Shown one piece after another: positions 1 to 10,021 of a stretch of DNA of 64,000 nt (its first letter is position 1; the number at the start of each line of letters is the position of its first letter). The notes under the pieces are model-generated. The model worked only from the letters and a program-made list of their open reading frames with translations. It did no database searches and was not told where the DNA came from. The stretch is taken from the IMG/VR virus record IMGVR_UViG_3300043449_001175, positions 1 to 64,000 of that record. One strand, given 5' to 3'. This DNA comes from a virus. The position numbers and the translations under genes were made by a program.

Positions 1-370
1 TTTTAAATCAGTTTATCTTAATCTACAAAGTTGGGTTTCACCAAAACAAAGTTATGACAATTGGGAGAGAATAGTATCAAATTTTAGTAGACAAATAAAA
101 CACACAATATTTGAAATATTAGACCCAACATTTTTTAAAGACAATTATATAGTTGATTTGGATTTAAGAACAAGCGGAATTGTGTATGGTAAAAAAAGTT
201 TTATGAATTTGGAAATTACTTTATTCTTATCACAAGAAATGGATTTCAAAGATACAATTCTTAAAGACAAATTAAAAAGAATTGCTAAAGAAATTTATAT
301 TGAAAACTTTAAAAAGAATGAGTATTTTGATTTTACGCTATCTAAAAAGAGCAAAGAAGATGCAACCTAA
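1..370 (+). CDS. hypothetical protein, 5'-truncated by window edge
   Basis: Frame of ORF 158..370 is open back to position 2 (FKSVYLNLQSWVSPK...IVDLDLRTSG); ends TAA at 370. Confidence 0.75.
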   Translation, partial: FKSVYLNLQSWVSPKQSYDNWERIVSNFSRQIKHTIFEILDPTFFKDNYIVDLDLRTSGIVYGKKSFMNLEITLFLSQEMDFKDTILKDKLKRIAKEIYIENFKKNEYFDFTLSKKSKEDAT

Positions 371-377
371 TATTTAT
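371..377 (+). promoter_or_regulatory. putative late promoter TATTTAT (head protease)
   Basis: Same heptamer precedes nearly every structural operon in the window. Confidence 0.6.
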
Positions 378-392
378 TACTAAAACATACGT

Positions 393-1124
393 ATGAAAAT
401 ATTAGGACCTACCGACACAGGTAAAGGAATATTGATTGAAATGGATGCAGGTTATGTGTCACCATCTCATGAGTTTAATAAAAAGATGCTTGAAGAAAAT
501 CACAAGAATTTCTTGGATTATTCAAAACCTTTTGAATTCTATGCCGTACTTCAAAAATACAATACACCAAACCGTAATGGAAGAGTGTATCCTGAAAAAA
601 TCTTAAAACGTGAATCTGAGAATTATAAAAAGATGATTGAAAAAGGAACATCTCTTTCAGAATTAAATCACCCTGAATCATCATTAATTGACCTTGACCG
701 TGTGTCTCACATCATTAATGATATATGGTGGGACGGACATATCCTTATGGGTAAGTTACGTCTTCTAACATCACCAGGATTCCATGAGAGAGGGATTGTA
801 TCTACAAAGGGTGACCAAGCAGCAAACTTGTTAAGACAAGGTGTTACTTTGGGTATATCTTCACGTGGAGTTGGTTCTTTAAAAAAGAACGGTGAACAGA
901 ATGAAGTACAGGGGGATTTTGAATTAATTTGTTTTGATTTGGTATCTTCACCATCTACACCAGGTGCGTATTTGTTTACAAACCCTGATGATAGAAGCAA
1001 ATTTGAAGAAAATTTGGAAGAAGAAAAAGTTTCAAGAATGTCTCCAATAGAACAGGAAAGTGGTACAAAAATGAATCGCTCTATTGACTTATTGAAAAAA
1101 TTAAACCATTATTTGGACAGATAA
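393..1124 (+). CDS. prohead core protease (T4 gp21-like)
   Basis: NRNGRVYP, ELNHP, GISSRGVGS, FDLVSSPSTPGAY motifs; upstream of scaffold and capsid genes. Confidence 0.93.
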   Translation: MKILGPTDTGKGILIEMDAGYVSPSHEFNKKMLEENHKNFLDYSKPFEFYAVLQKYNTPNRNGRVYPEKILKRESENYKKMIEKGTSLSELNHPESSLIDLDRVSHIINDIWWDGHILMGKLRLLTSPGFHERGIVSTKGDQAANLLRQGVTLGISSRGVGSLKKNGEQNEVQGDFELICFDLVSSPSTPGAYLFTNPDDRSKFEENLEEEKVSRMSPIEQESGTKMNRSIDLLKKLNHYLDR

Positions 1125-1134
1125 TTTAAAAAAC

Positions 1135-1347
1135 ATGGACGAAAAATATTTTGTAGCAAAAGTACAGTACGATTTACCTGATGAAAATACAGGAAAATTA
1201 AAGAAAATCCGAGAGGAAAAATTGGTTAAAGGTTACTCTGTAACTGATGTTGAAGCCAAGGTAACATCCCGATACACAGGGTTTCAACATGATTGGAGAA
1301 TCACAGCAGTCTCCGAGAGTAAAATAGACGAAGTTATTGAAGATTAA
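1135..1347 (+). CDS. small DUF4494-like protein
   Basis: YFVAKVQY..DENTGKLKKIREEKLV..YSVTDVEAKV resembles the Bacteroidota DUF4494 family (recalled, not searched). Confidence 0.55.
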   Translation: MDEKYFVAKVQYDLPDENTGKLKKIREEKLVKGYSVTDVEAKVTSRYTGFQHDWRITAVSESKIDEVIED

Positions 1348-1349
1348 CA

Positions 1350-1380
1350 AAAACCCCTCCTAATCGAGGGGTTTTTTATT
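1350..1380 (+). terminator. intrinsic terminator
   Basis: aaaacccctc-ctaatc-gaggggtttt followed by T-rich tract. Confidence 0.85.
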
Positions 1381-1459
1381 TATTTAGTGTTTTTGATGGT
1401 CATAAATAGAATTTTTTTACATATGGATATATTTATATGTTAAATTATTCAATAATAAT

Positions 1460-3076
1460 ATGACAGAAAAAAAGTCGTTAGTTGAGGAAGCTCTACTCCA
1501 AATGAAAAATTTGGAACAAGTAGTCGCCGAAAATGCAAAAGGAATACTTGCTTCTACAATGAAGGAAGAAATCTCAGAACTAGTAAAAGAGTCTTTGAAA
1601 AATGAGGCTGAAAAAGAAACCAAAGAAGTTGAAATGGATGAACAATCAGAAGATGATGTTGACATGGAAATGGATTTGGATTTAGATGATGAAGAAATGG
1701 ATGATGAAGAAATGGATGATGTTGAAATGGACTTTGAAATGGATTCTGACGATGATGAATCGGAAGATGAACTTGATATGGACTTTGATATGGACTCTGA
1801 TGATACACTACCAATTGATTTGACAATGGCTTCAGATGATGAAATCTTAAAGGTTTTCAAATCTATGAGTGATGAAGATGGTATCATTATTAAACAAGAT
1901 GGTGATAACATTACTTTAGAAGATGAAAATGAAGATGTTGAATACATCATTCAAACTGAAAGTGACATGGAAGAAGAAACTATGGAAATGGAAATGGACG
2001 AAGAAGAATTGTCTGATGAAGACTTAGATTCTATGATGGCTGACATTTTTGGTGAAGAAATGGAAATGGATGAAGAAGATATGGATGAAGTTATGTATGA
2101 AATGGACATGGATGAAGAAGATGAAATGGATGAAGTTGTGTACGAAATAGAAATGGATGAAGAAGACATGGATGACATGGACGATTCTGATGAAAGTATG
2201 TCTGAAGGTAAAATGACCGTTAAACCTGTTATGGGTAAATTAACAAAATCTTCTTTAACAAACAAAGCTAAAAAAATGGAAACAAAAGAAGGTTCTATGA
2301 TGAGTAAACCCGTTGTAGGTAAAGGTGTTAAAACTGGCAGTGCAAAATTTGAATATAAAGAGGGTAAAAAAATGGAGGCTAAAGAAGCTTCTATGACCGT
2401 TAAACCTAAAGGTGTCGGTATGAATTTGAAACCTAAGAAATTTGAATACACTGAAGCAGAAATGGAAGAAAAGTATGGTTCTAAAAAACACGAATACAAA
2501 CGTAAGGATGTAAAAGGTGTTGAAAAGAAAGCTGGTGAAAAAGATGGTCATTACAAGGATTACGAAAAAGAAGAAACTAAAGAAGCTGCAAGAACTTATG
2601 GTATGGGTTCTAAAGAAGGTAGAGGTTTAAGAAAAGGTATCACCAATAACAGAAACTATACTTATGGTAAAAATGGTGTTAATGAAGAAATTCAAACTTT
2701 GAGAGAAAAGAATGAAGAATATAGAAAAGCTCTTAATATTTTCAGAGAGAAATTAAATGAAGTTGCTGTTTTCAATTCAAATTTAGCTTACGCTACAAGA
2801 TTGTTCACTGAACATACAACAACTAAACAAGAAAAAATTAATATCTTGAGAAGATTTGATGATGTTGAATCATTAAAAGAGTCTAAATCTTTGTATTCAT
2901 CTATCAAAAATGAATTAAACACTACTAACAGTACTCAAAGTGTTGTAACAGAATCTATTGAAAGAATTGGAAAATCTCCAGCGTCAGGTTCTTCACAAAA
3001 CTTAATTGAGTCAAAAACGTATGAAAATCCACAATTCTTAAGAATGAAGGATATTATGCAAAAAATACAAAAATAA
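1460..3076 (+). CDS. prohead core/scaffolding protein (gp22-like)
   Basis: Very acidic D/E/M-rich region, coiled-coil C-terminus, located between protease and major capsid genes. Confidence 0.8.
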   Translation: MTEKKSLVEEALLQMKNLEQVVAENAKGILASTMKEEISELVKESLKNEAEKETKEVEMDEQSEDDVDMEMDLDLDDEEMDDEEMDDVEMDFEMDSDDDESEDELDMDFDMDSDDTLPIDLTMASDDEILKVFKSMSDEDGIIIKQDGDNITLEDENEDVEYIIQTESDMEEETMEMEMDEEELSDEDLDSMMADIFGEEMEMDEEDMDEVMYEMDMDEEDEMDEVVYEIEMDEEDMDDMDDSDESMSEGKMTVKPVMGKLTKSSLTNKAKKMETKEGSMMSKPVVGKGVKTGSAKFEYKEGKKMEAKEASMTVKPKGVGMNLKPKKFEYTEAEMEEKYGSKKHEYKRKDVKGVEKKAGEKDGHYKDYEKEETKEAARTYGMGSKEGRGLRKGITNNRNYTYGKNGVNEEIQTLREKNEEYRKALNIFREKLNEVAVFNSNLAYATRLFTEHTTTKQEKINILRRFDDVESLKESKSLYSSIKNELNTTNSTQSVVTESIERIGKSPASGSSQNLIESKTYENPQFLRMKDIMQKIQK

Positions 3077-3112
3077 AAAATAAATAAAACTTAAAAACAA
3101 AAAAATACTAAA

Positions 3113-4954
3113 ATGGGTGCATTATTAGAAAGCGGTCTTGTTGGTAACATTGGTTTGAAACACCTTAAAGTTATCAAAGAAGACACAATTAACAAATGGG
3201 ATAAACTTGGCTTTTTAGAAGGTCTTAAAGGTCACATGAAAGAAAACGTGGCTCAGTTGTATGAAAACCAAGCTTCACACTTAATCAACGAAGCTTCTTC
3301 AACTTCTGATTCAGGTTCTTTTGAAACGGTTGTATTCCCAATCGTGAGAAGAGTATTCTCTAAATTATTAGCTAACGACATCGTGTCTGTACAAGCAATG
3401 AACTTACCAATCGGTAAATTGTTCTACTTTGTACCTAAAATTCAAGGTTATTCTGGTGGTACTTCAGCAGATGGTTTGTTTGGACAATCAGGTACACACT
3501 ACGCTCCTGTAGGTTCTCCTGGAAACTATCCTGGTAATCCAGATGCTGGTTATACTTCAGGTGATGGTTCTTACAATCCTATTTACAATAAGGATTTGTA
3601 TGACTTATTCTACGAAGGTAACGAAGCTGGATTAAATCCTCCTGGTTTATTTGACTATTCAAAAGGTCAGTGGACAGCAGTTACAGCTTCAACTGTAACT
3701 TACGCTTGGTCTAATGCTGGATATCTATTACCTGCAAGCTACTCTACTGATAACTACAGAAAAGTTATTATTGTTATGAGTGGATTCTCTAACGCTGGTG
3801 CTGGTCAATTGATTGGACCTAATGGTAATACTATGGATACTGAAGAATTCTTATCAGGATTGAACATCTTAGGTGTGTCTGGTAACGTTTATACATCAGC
3901 AAACACAACTAACCCTTACTTATTCAGAGTTGTAACTCAAAGATATGGTAAAGGTATTGTACAATACGGAAGTCAGGTAAACACTACTTGGCCAACTGGT
4001 AATAACTCAGGTGGTTCTTACTACAATGTTTGTGACGCTAATGGATTTATTTTCTTAGAAGTTGATTTACAAGCTCCGGTTTGTATTACTTGTGGTGATT
4101 CATCTATGGATGGTTACACAGGTTCTACATTCTCATCTGATACAAGTACTAACGATGCTTTCTTAGCTATCTACAGAAACTATAAAGAGTTGGAATTTGA
4201 AGACCAAATTGGTGAAGTTTCTTTTGACCTTGAGTCAGTAACAGTTTCTGTTACAGAAAGAAAATTAAGAGCACAATGGTCACCTGAATTAGCTCAAGAC
4301 GTTGCGGCATTCCACAACATTGATGCTGAGGCTGAATTGACTGCATTGTTATCTGAGCAAGTTGCTGCAGAGATTGATAGAGAAATCTTGAGAGATTTGA
4401 GAAAAGGTGCGGCTTGGAACTTGAGATGGGATTACAACGGTTGGAAGAGACTATCTTCTGCTGGTACTACTCCTTACACTCAAAAAGACTGGAACCAAAC
4501 TTTGATTACAGCAATTAACCAATTGTCAGCTCAAATTCACAAATCAACTTTAAGAGGTGGTGCTAACTGGATAGTTGTATCTTCTGAAGTATCTGCTATC
4601 TTTGATGACTTGGAATACTTCCACGTATCAAACGCAGCTCCTGAGCAAGACCAATACAACATGGGTATTGAAAGAATCGGTACATTGTCAGGAAGATACC
4701 AAGTGTATCGTGACCCTTACTTCCCAGCTAACCAAGTGTTAATCGGACACAAAGGTACTAGCTTGTTGGATACAGGTTACATTTACGCTCCATATGTTCC
4801 TTTACAGTTGACTCCAACTATGTATAACCCATTCAACTTCACACCTATCAAGGGTATCATGACAAGATACGCTAAGAAAATGGTTAACAACCGTTTCTAT
4901 GGTAGAGTAACAGTTGATGGTGTAAGAACATTCAACTTACAAGAATTGAGATAA
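3113..4954 (+). CDS. major capsid protein (T4 gp23-like) with large central insertion
   Basis: FPIVRRVF, IVSVQAM, RKLRAQWSPELAQD, DAEAEL, EIDREI, YAPYVPL, GIMTRY motifs. Confidence 0.97.
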   Translation: MGALLESGLVGNIGLKHLKVIKEDTINKWDKLGFLEGLKGHMKENVAQLYENQASHLINEASSTSDSGSFETVVFPIVRRVFSKLLANDIVSVQAMNLPIGKLFYFVPKIQGYSGGTSADGLFGQSGTHYAPVGSPGNYPGNPDAGYTSGDGSYNPIYNKDLYDLFYEGNEAGLNPPGLFDYSKGQWTAVTASTVTYAWSNAGYLLPASYSTDNYRKVIIVMSGFSNAGAGQLIGPNGNTMDTEEFLSGLNILGVSGNVYTSANTTNPYLFRVVTQRYGKGIVQYGSQVNTTWPTGNNSGGSYYNVCDANGFIFLEVDLQAPVCITCGDSSMDGYTGSTFSSDTSTNDAFLAIYRNYKELEFEDQIGEVSFDLESVTVSVTERKLRAQWSPELAQDVAAFHNIDAEAELTALLSEQVAAEIDREILRDLRKGAAWNLRWDYNGWKRLSSAGTTPYTQKDWNQTLITAINQLSAQIHKSTLRGGANWIVVSSEVSAIFDDLEYFHVSNAAPEQDQYNMGIERIGTLSGRYQVYRDPYFPANQVLIGHKGTSLLDTGYIYAPYVPLQLTPTMYNPFNFTPIKGIMTRYAKKMVNNRFYGRVTVDGVRTFNLQELR

Positions 4955-4971
4955 TATATCTTAAAACTTAT

Positions 4972-5000
4972 AAAAAAAGGGAACTTCGGTTCCCTTTTTT
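4972..5000 (+). terminator. intrinsic terminator with cUUCGg tetraloop
   Basis: aaaaaagggaac-ttcg-gttccctttttt directly after the capsid gene. Confidence 0.92.
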
Positions 5001-5039
5001 GTTTTTACGTGGTATTTATATATAAATAATAATTAAATT

Positions 5040-5240
5040 ATGGCTTGTAAAAAATCAACAATAACAAATACTTCAGGAAGTATTATAGTAATATCATACA
5101 CAAGATGTGATGATAATTTTGTGGTGAATAATTATGAAATTCAATTAGGAGAAACCGTAAACATTTGGTATGTTGATGGTACTTTTAGAACGGCATTTGC
5201 TAATGTTACATTAACAAATACAGTAGATTGGCCTCAATAA
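5040..5240 (+). CDS. small putative virion protein, paralog of the N-terminal domain of the next gene
   Basis: MACKKS.ITN...ISYTRC.DNF.VNNYEIQ..ETVN.WYVDGT..TAF...DWP shared with 5264..6664; own TATTTAT motif. Confidence 0.75.
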   Translation: MACKKSTITNTSGSIIVISYTRCDDNFVVNNYEIQLGETVNIWYVDGTFRTAFANVTLTNTVDWPQ

Positions 5241-5263
5241 TATTTATTTAATACAACAAATTG

Positions 5264-6664
5264 ATGGCTTGTAAAAGAAGTAAAATAACTAATAATTTTA
5301 ATAAAATTAGTGTAATATCATACACAAGATGTGGTGATAATTTTATAGTTAATAACTATGAAATCCAAGACAATGAAACCGTCAATGTTTGGTATGTTGA
5401 TGGTACATTAAAAACTGCTTTTACAAACCAAACAATAACCGAGACAATTGATTGGCCACCAGTTACTCAAACTCCAAGTTCTTCGTCAACAACACCAACA
5501 CCGACACCAAGTGTTACTGCAACTCAAACACAAACTCCAACAAACCCTATTACGGACACTCCAACACCTACGCCAACGGTAACTCCAACAAATACTCCAA
5601 CTAATTCAGGAACTCCGACACCAACGGTAACTGAAACACCAACAAATACGCCAACAGGAACAATTGGTGCAACACCTACTGAAACAGAAACTCCAACTCC
5701 AACACCAACGGTAACTGAAACTCCTACGGAAACACCAACTAATACTCCAACTAATTCAGAAACTCCAACACCAACGGTGACTGAAACTCCTACGGAAACA
5801 CCAACAAATACGCCAACAGGAACAATTGGTGCAACACCTACTGAAACAGAAACTCCAACTCCAACACCAACGGTAACTGAAACTCCTACGGAAACACCAA
5901 CTAATACACCTACGGAAACACCAACTAATACACCAACGGTAACTGAAACTCCTACGGAAACACCAACTAATACACCAACGGTAACTGAAACTCCTACGGA
6001 AACTCCAACTAACACTCCTACGGAAACTCCAACTAATACACCAACGGTAACTGAAACTCCTACGGAAACTCCAACTAATACACCAACGGTAACTGAAACT
6101 CCTACGGAAACTCCAACTAACACTCCTACGGAAACTCCAACTAACACTCCTACGGAAACTAACACTCCAACTGAAACTCCAACTAATACTCCAACGGTAA
6201 CTGAAACTCCTACGGAAACACCAACTAACACTCCAACTGAAACTCCAACTAATACACCAACGGTAACTGAAACTCCTACGGAAACTCCAACTAACACTCC
6301 AACTGAAACTCCAACGGTAACACCAACACCATCACCAGTTTGGTTATTTACAATTCAAAACTCTAACACAACAAGAAGTGTTACAAGTGTCACATTCAAT
6401 GGAGCACTACAAACTCTTGACCAAGGTAATTACCCTGTATTAAACGCTAATGGATTGGCATCTTCACATGGTACAGTATCAGGTTCTGGTGGTGATACTA
6501 TGGTAATCAATTTTGGTGGAACAGGATTTAACGGACCTAACAGTAAGATATTGAAGAACGGAGTTGACACAGGACAACCATTTTTTGGTTTCGCAGGAGC
6601 ATCATTCAGTTGTGCAGGACTTGCAATATTGGCTGGTGATAAAATTGATATTATCATAGATTAA
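5264..6664 (+). CDS. putative capsid decoration/fiber protein with mucin-like Thr-Pro stalk
   Basis: 66-aa N-terminal domain, ~290 aa of TPT(E/N/V) repeats, globular C-terminal domain; next to the major capsid gene. Confidence 0.7.
   Translation: MACKRSKITNNFNKISVISYTRCGDNFIVNNYEIQDNETVNVWYVDGTLKTAFTNQTITETIDWPPVTQTPSSSSTTPTPTPSVTATQTQTPTNPITDTPTPTPTVTPTNTPTNSGTPTPTVTETPTNTPTGTIGATPTETETPTPTPTVTETPTETPTNTPTNSETPTPTVTETPTETPTNTPTGTIGATPTETETPTPTPTVTETPTETPTNTPTETPTNTPTVTETPTETPTNTPTVTETPTETPTNTPTETPTNTPTVTETPTETPTNTPTVTETPTETPTNTPTETPTNTPTETNTPTETPTNTPTVTETPTETPTNTPTETPTNTPTVTETPTETPTNTPTETPTVTPTPSPVWLFTIQNSNTTRSVTSVTFNGALQTLDQGNYPVLNANGLASSHGTVSGSGGDTMVINFGGTGFNGPNSKILKNGVDTGQPFFGFAGASFSCAGLAILAGDKIDIIID
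5460..6335 (+). repeat. coding tandem repeat array ([14 protein letters not shown] units; one block duplicated at 162-nt spacing)
   Basis: Repeated actcctacggaaac/ccaactaatac/ccaacggtaactgaa; acaaatacgccaacagg at 5642 and 5804. Confidence 0.95.
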
Positions 6665-6762
6665 AATACTTACTAATGTCAAATTTTAATTGGTTAGGGT
6701 AATACATACATTGAAAAGACCCCAACAATAACACCAACACCTACTATGACACCATCATAAAT

Positions 6763-7002
6763 TTAAGAATTTAAAATTCTTAATGACTTTGAAACCGCTT
6801 CGGTTTCTTCCATCGTAAATACACCTCTAACGTGACAAGCAATTAGTGCTTGTTTTATACAATACATTGCTTGTTCTTCATTCATACCATCAATAAATGA
6901 ATTTAATTTTTCATTTGACGTATAATGTATTGTATCAAAAAGAGAACCAATAATTTCTTGTGTTTTTTTTGATATTTCTTCAGTATTTTTAGTATTTTCC
7001 AT
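6763..7002 (-). CDS. hypothetical protein
   Basis: 79-aa ORF filling the gap, plausible composition. Confidence 0.7.
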   Translation of the reverse strand: MENTKNTEEISKKTQEIIGSLFDTIHYTSNEKLNSFIDGMNEEQAMYCIKQALIACHVRGVFTMEETEAVSKSLRILNS

Positions 7003-7051
7003 ATGGTTTTATATTTATGTTAAGTATCGTAATTTTTTTCACAAAAACAAC

Positions 7052-7609
7052 ATGGAACAACAATTAAATGAAGATTTGGCAGTATGGTTTGGTAAAAAAA
7101 AGAAACCAAAAGGAAGTAGTCAGCCCAAAGGGCCGTGGGTTAATATCTGTAGAAAAGATAAAGATGGAAAACATCCACCTTGTGGCCGTTCAAACACCGA
7201 TAAAGGTGCATATCCAAAATGTAGAGCTGCAGGTGTTGCGGGTAAAATGAGTGATTCCGCAAAACAAAATGCTTGTAGACAAAAAAGAGAAGCTGAAAAA
7301 AAAGATACACAATCAGGTAAAGGTCAAAAACCAGTAATGACCTCTTATAAACCCAAAAAGAAAAATACTAATGAAGGCATGAGACAATTTATTAAGTCCA
7401 TCCTCAACGAACAGGTCAGAAAAAACAAAATGATAGACCTTGGAGAAATGGTTGAATCGCAATACGTTAATGATTTAAAAGAAGCACGTAAAATTGCACA
7501 ACAACATTTAAATGAAAACCCAAGATATTATTGTGTTTTACACAGAATTGGTTTAATTGATGAAGGACAAACTGAAAAAATCGCTAAAGAAGTTTGTCCG
7601 TCAAACTAA
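7052..7609 (+). CDS. basic Cys-containing phage protein with DUF5661-like C-terminus; putative head-internal protein
   Basis: WVNIC...PCGRS...YPKCR motif; IAQQHLNENPRYY tail; TATTTAT at 7012. Confidence 0.55.
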   Translation: MEQQLNEDLAVWFGKKKKPKGSSQPKGPWVNICRKDKDGKHPPCGRSNTDKGAYPKCRAAGVAGKMSDSAKQNACRQKREAEKKDTQSGKGQKPVMTSYKPKKKNTNEGMRQFIKSILNEQVRKNKMIDLGEMVESQYVNDLKEARKIAQQHLNENPRYYCVLHRIGLIDEGQTEKIAKEVCPSN

Positions 7610-8008
7610 TGTTTGTAATATATTCTTAAGAGAGTGTTTAATATTGGAAGTAATCTCTTCTTCCATTTTTAATCTTTGATTTTCTAACACTTCATTAAAA
7701 TGATTCGTTATTTCAAGTTTTGATTTGTCTTGAATTACAACTGTATATGAATATTTGTGGTTAATTACATTAACCGTATTACCTTCTATTGTAATAAAAA
7801 TAGAATTTTCAGGATTATGTATATATTTTTTATTTGAAAGTGGTGTCATCAATAATTGACTATCTGGTTTATCAATTAGTTTTTTACAAATTGATAAACA
7901 ATCTAATTCATATTTTGACCTTTGACCACGTTCGTAGTCCATTTTTCTAGCGGAATCAATATACATTCGTTGAATCCATCGTTTGAATATGTGTTTGTAT
8001 TCTTTCAT
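7601..8008 (-). CDS. hypothetical protein
   Basis: 135-aa ORF preceded by TTG-N19-TATCTTTG. Confidence 0.7.
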   Translation of the reverse strand: MKEYKHIFKRWIQRMYIDSARKMDYERGQRSKYELDCLSICKKLIDKPDSQLLMTPLSNKKYIHNPENSIFITIEGNTVNVINHKYSYTVVIQDKSKLEITNHFNEVLENQRLKMEEEITSNIKHSLKNILQTLV

Positions 8009-8021
8009 TTTATTATGGATT

Positions 8022-8051
8022 CAAAGATAATAATTTTTTTTGAATTAACAA
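8022..8051 (-). promoter_or_regulatory. Bacteroidota-type host-sigma promoter (TTG-N19-TATCTTTG)
   Basis: Matches -33 TTG / -7 TAnnTTTG consensus and spacing. Confidence 0.55.
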
Positions 8052-8518
8052 TAGGAACCAGAACAACGTTTTTTACCATCTAAACCTGGCATCCTTCCTT
8101 TACATACTTGAACGGCATAACCATTGGCATAAGCTGAAGGATAAACATCAAATTTTGATTTGGCGGCAGCTTTACCACGAACACATAATTTGGTTCCTGT
8201 TTTTTTCTTACCTTCCATTACCGAAACAGGTTCAACGTCAATTGTTTCTTGTTCACCCCCATTTATTTCATTCATTAAGAAATCAAAAACTTGGTCCATA
8301 TTATTTTTTGCTTCAGATATATGGTCTTGAGCCCAATCATGACCATTGTCAAGAATGTTTTCAATTTGTGATTTATCTAAGTCTAACAACATTTCACATT
8401 GTCTTTTCATTTGTTCTAAATTGGAAAAGAACATATATCTTTCACTTTTTTGTTCTTGTAATACTTTTATTACAAGTTTTTGAATCATTGATTCGTTAAG
8501 TTTAACTATTTTTCTCAT
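8045..8518 (-). CDS. putative head-internal protein with DUF5872-like C-terminus
   Basis: N-terminal MRKIVKLNES..VLQEQ leader; C-terminal AKSKFDVYPSAYANG motif. Confidence 0.55.
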   Translation of the reverse strand: MRKIVKLNESMIQKLVIKVLQEQKSERYMFFSNLEQMKRQCEMLLDLDKSQIENILDNGHDWAQDHISEAKNNMDQVFDFLMNEINGGEQETIDVEPVSVMEGKKKTGTKLCVRGKAAAKSKFDVYPSAYANGYAVQVCKGRMPGLDGKKRCSGSYC

Positions 8519-9999
8519 TTTTTGTTTACGATTTGGAACATTAATTCTTTTTGATAAGTATCTCTTTCTCCGCTAGTATTCACTCTAATATCAACATAAT
8601 ATTGATTTGGTATTTTATCTCTTGTATCAAACATAAAGTAGTATTCATTTGGTGTTCTATTTATTGGTGTCCAATCTTGAACTTGTACTTCAGTATTACC
8701 TTCTCTGACATATACTCTATAAAACGCTTCAATACTATTTAAAACAACCTGACTTGTGTAGGCTTGTTTGATAGTAACCATAACTTTACGAATATCGGTA
8801 TTAAGAATTTTTTCGTTTTGTTTAATACCGCTAAAATCAAAACCATAAAGTATTGGGTCTTTTGATTGAATTCCAATTTGATAAGCCGATGATGATGGTA
8901 ACAAAACAAAATCGTTTTCAATGTCTGACAAAGTATTACCATCAATAATAATGTTTGACCATTTGTCGGTAAATTGACATGGTGTGTAATATCCTGTTAA
9001 TGGTGGTACCACAACTTCATATACACCTTTAGTACGAAGACATGTTGTTAATCCAATAAAACCTGGAATAGTTTCACCATCAGGATTTAAAATGTCAACA
9101 GTAGGGTCTTCATCTAAATTTACAAAGTCACCATTTTGATAAACATACAAATACAACCTATTTGTTTTGTTTTGGGCAAATGTGTTTCTATCATCCTTAA
9201 TAATATCATCGTAGGTGGTCTGTAAGAAGGGCTGGTAGAACGTTTGGGTGTGGTTGGTAAAGAACCCCACAGAATAAGTTTCAGTCAATCCTGAGATGTT
9301 TTCTACCTCAGGAACATACGCAATACCCCAACCTGTTACACCTGTAATGGTTCCGTTTAAAATACCATTTATTTCATCCGTCATATCAAAGTTAATATCC
9401 TCATTTCCAAATTCAAAATGTTGTCTATCAACAATTGTTAATGCCGAATAATTTAAACCGGTGTTACCTGTAACTATCGTGTTTGTGTTATTGTACAAAC
9501 CTGGATATGACCAATTATTAATTGTTGTTGTTTGGAACCAGTTTGATGGTCTTTCACTAAATGGTACGTTATCTGAAAATTGAGCAACTGCAGGTTGATA
9601 TGTATAATCAAATCCAACACCTTCATCCCAAAATTGTGGTTCACCTGTTGTTCCCGAATATTTTGGTATTCTGAACAATATTAAATCAAATGATGTTGCT
9701 CTACGAGAACCATCACTTGTCGTTGTGTTTAATAAATCAATATCAAAGGCAGATGTATTAGTCATGTTTAGAACATGCGTCATACCTGTTGTACATCCTG
9801 TTGAGATTGTGCTTGTGGCAATATCTTCTCTTAAATTTGTTAAATCCAAATCAAAAAGAAATCTGGTAAACCCTCTTGGTGCAAAAGTGGCTAAATCACC
9901 CCCAAAATAAAGTTGTGTAATTGGGTTTCTACCCGTATTAACCAAACTATTTAATTGGATTGTGTTGTTCTTATTAAAATATGACCTTAAAATTGACAT
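8515..9999 (-). CDS. putative virion structural protein
   Basis: Beta-rich T/G/N composition, TATTTAT upstream, several [ST]GxT motifs. Confidence 0.6.
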   Translation of the reverse strand: MSILRSYFNKNNTIQLNSLVNTGRNPITQLYFGGDLATFAPRGFTRFLFDLDLTNLREDIATSTISTGCTTGMTHVLNMTNTSAFDIDLLNTTTSDGSRRATSFDLILFRIPKYSGTTGEPQFWDEGVGFDYTYQPAVAQFSDNVPFSERPSNWFQTTTINNWSYPGLYNNTNTIVTGNTGLNYSALTIVDRQHFEFGNEDINFDMTDEINGILNGTITGVTGWGIAYVPEVENISGLTETYSVGFFTNHTQTFYQPFLQTTYDDIIKDDRNTFAQNKTNRLYLYVYQNGDFVNLDEDPTVDILNPDGETIPGFIGLTTCLRTKGVYEVVVPPLTGYYTPCQFTDKWSNIIIDGNTLSDIENDFVLLPSSSAYQIGIQSKDPILYGFDFSGIKQNEKILNTDIRKVMVTIKQAYTSQVVLNSIEAFYRVYVREGNTEVQVQDWTPINRTPNEYYFMFDTRDKIPNQYYVDIRVNTSGERDTYQKELMFQIVNKK

Positions 10000-10021
10000 T
10001 ATATATTTTACTATATAAATA

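Noticed and set aside
1417-2551. Ser-rich minus-strand ORFs
   Set aside because: Antisense shadows of the Asp/Glu-rich scaffold gene
5460-6335. Repeat array as CRISPR, or the antisense (VGVS)n ORF 5524..6297 as a gene
   Set aside because: No unique spacers; repeats are in-frame Thr-Pro codons and the antisense ORF is their mirror
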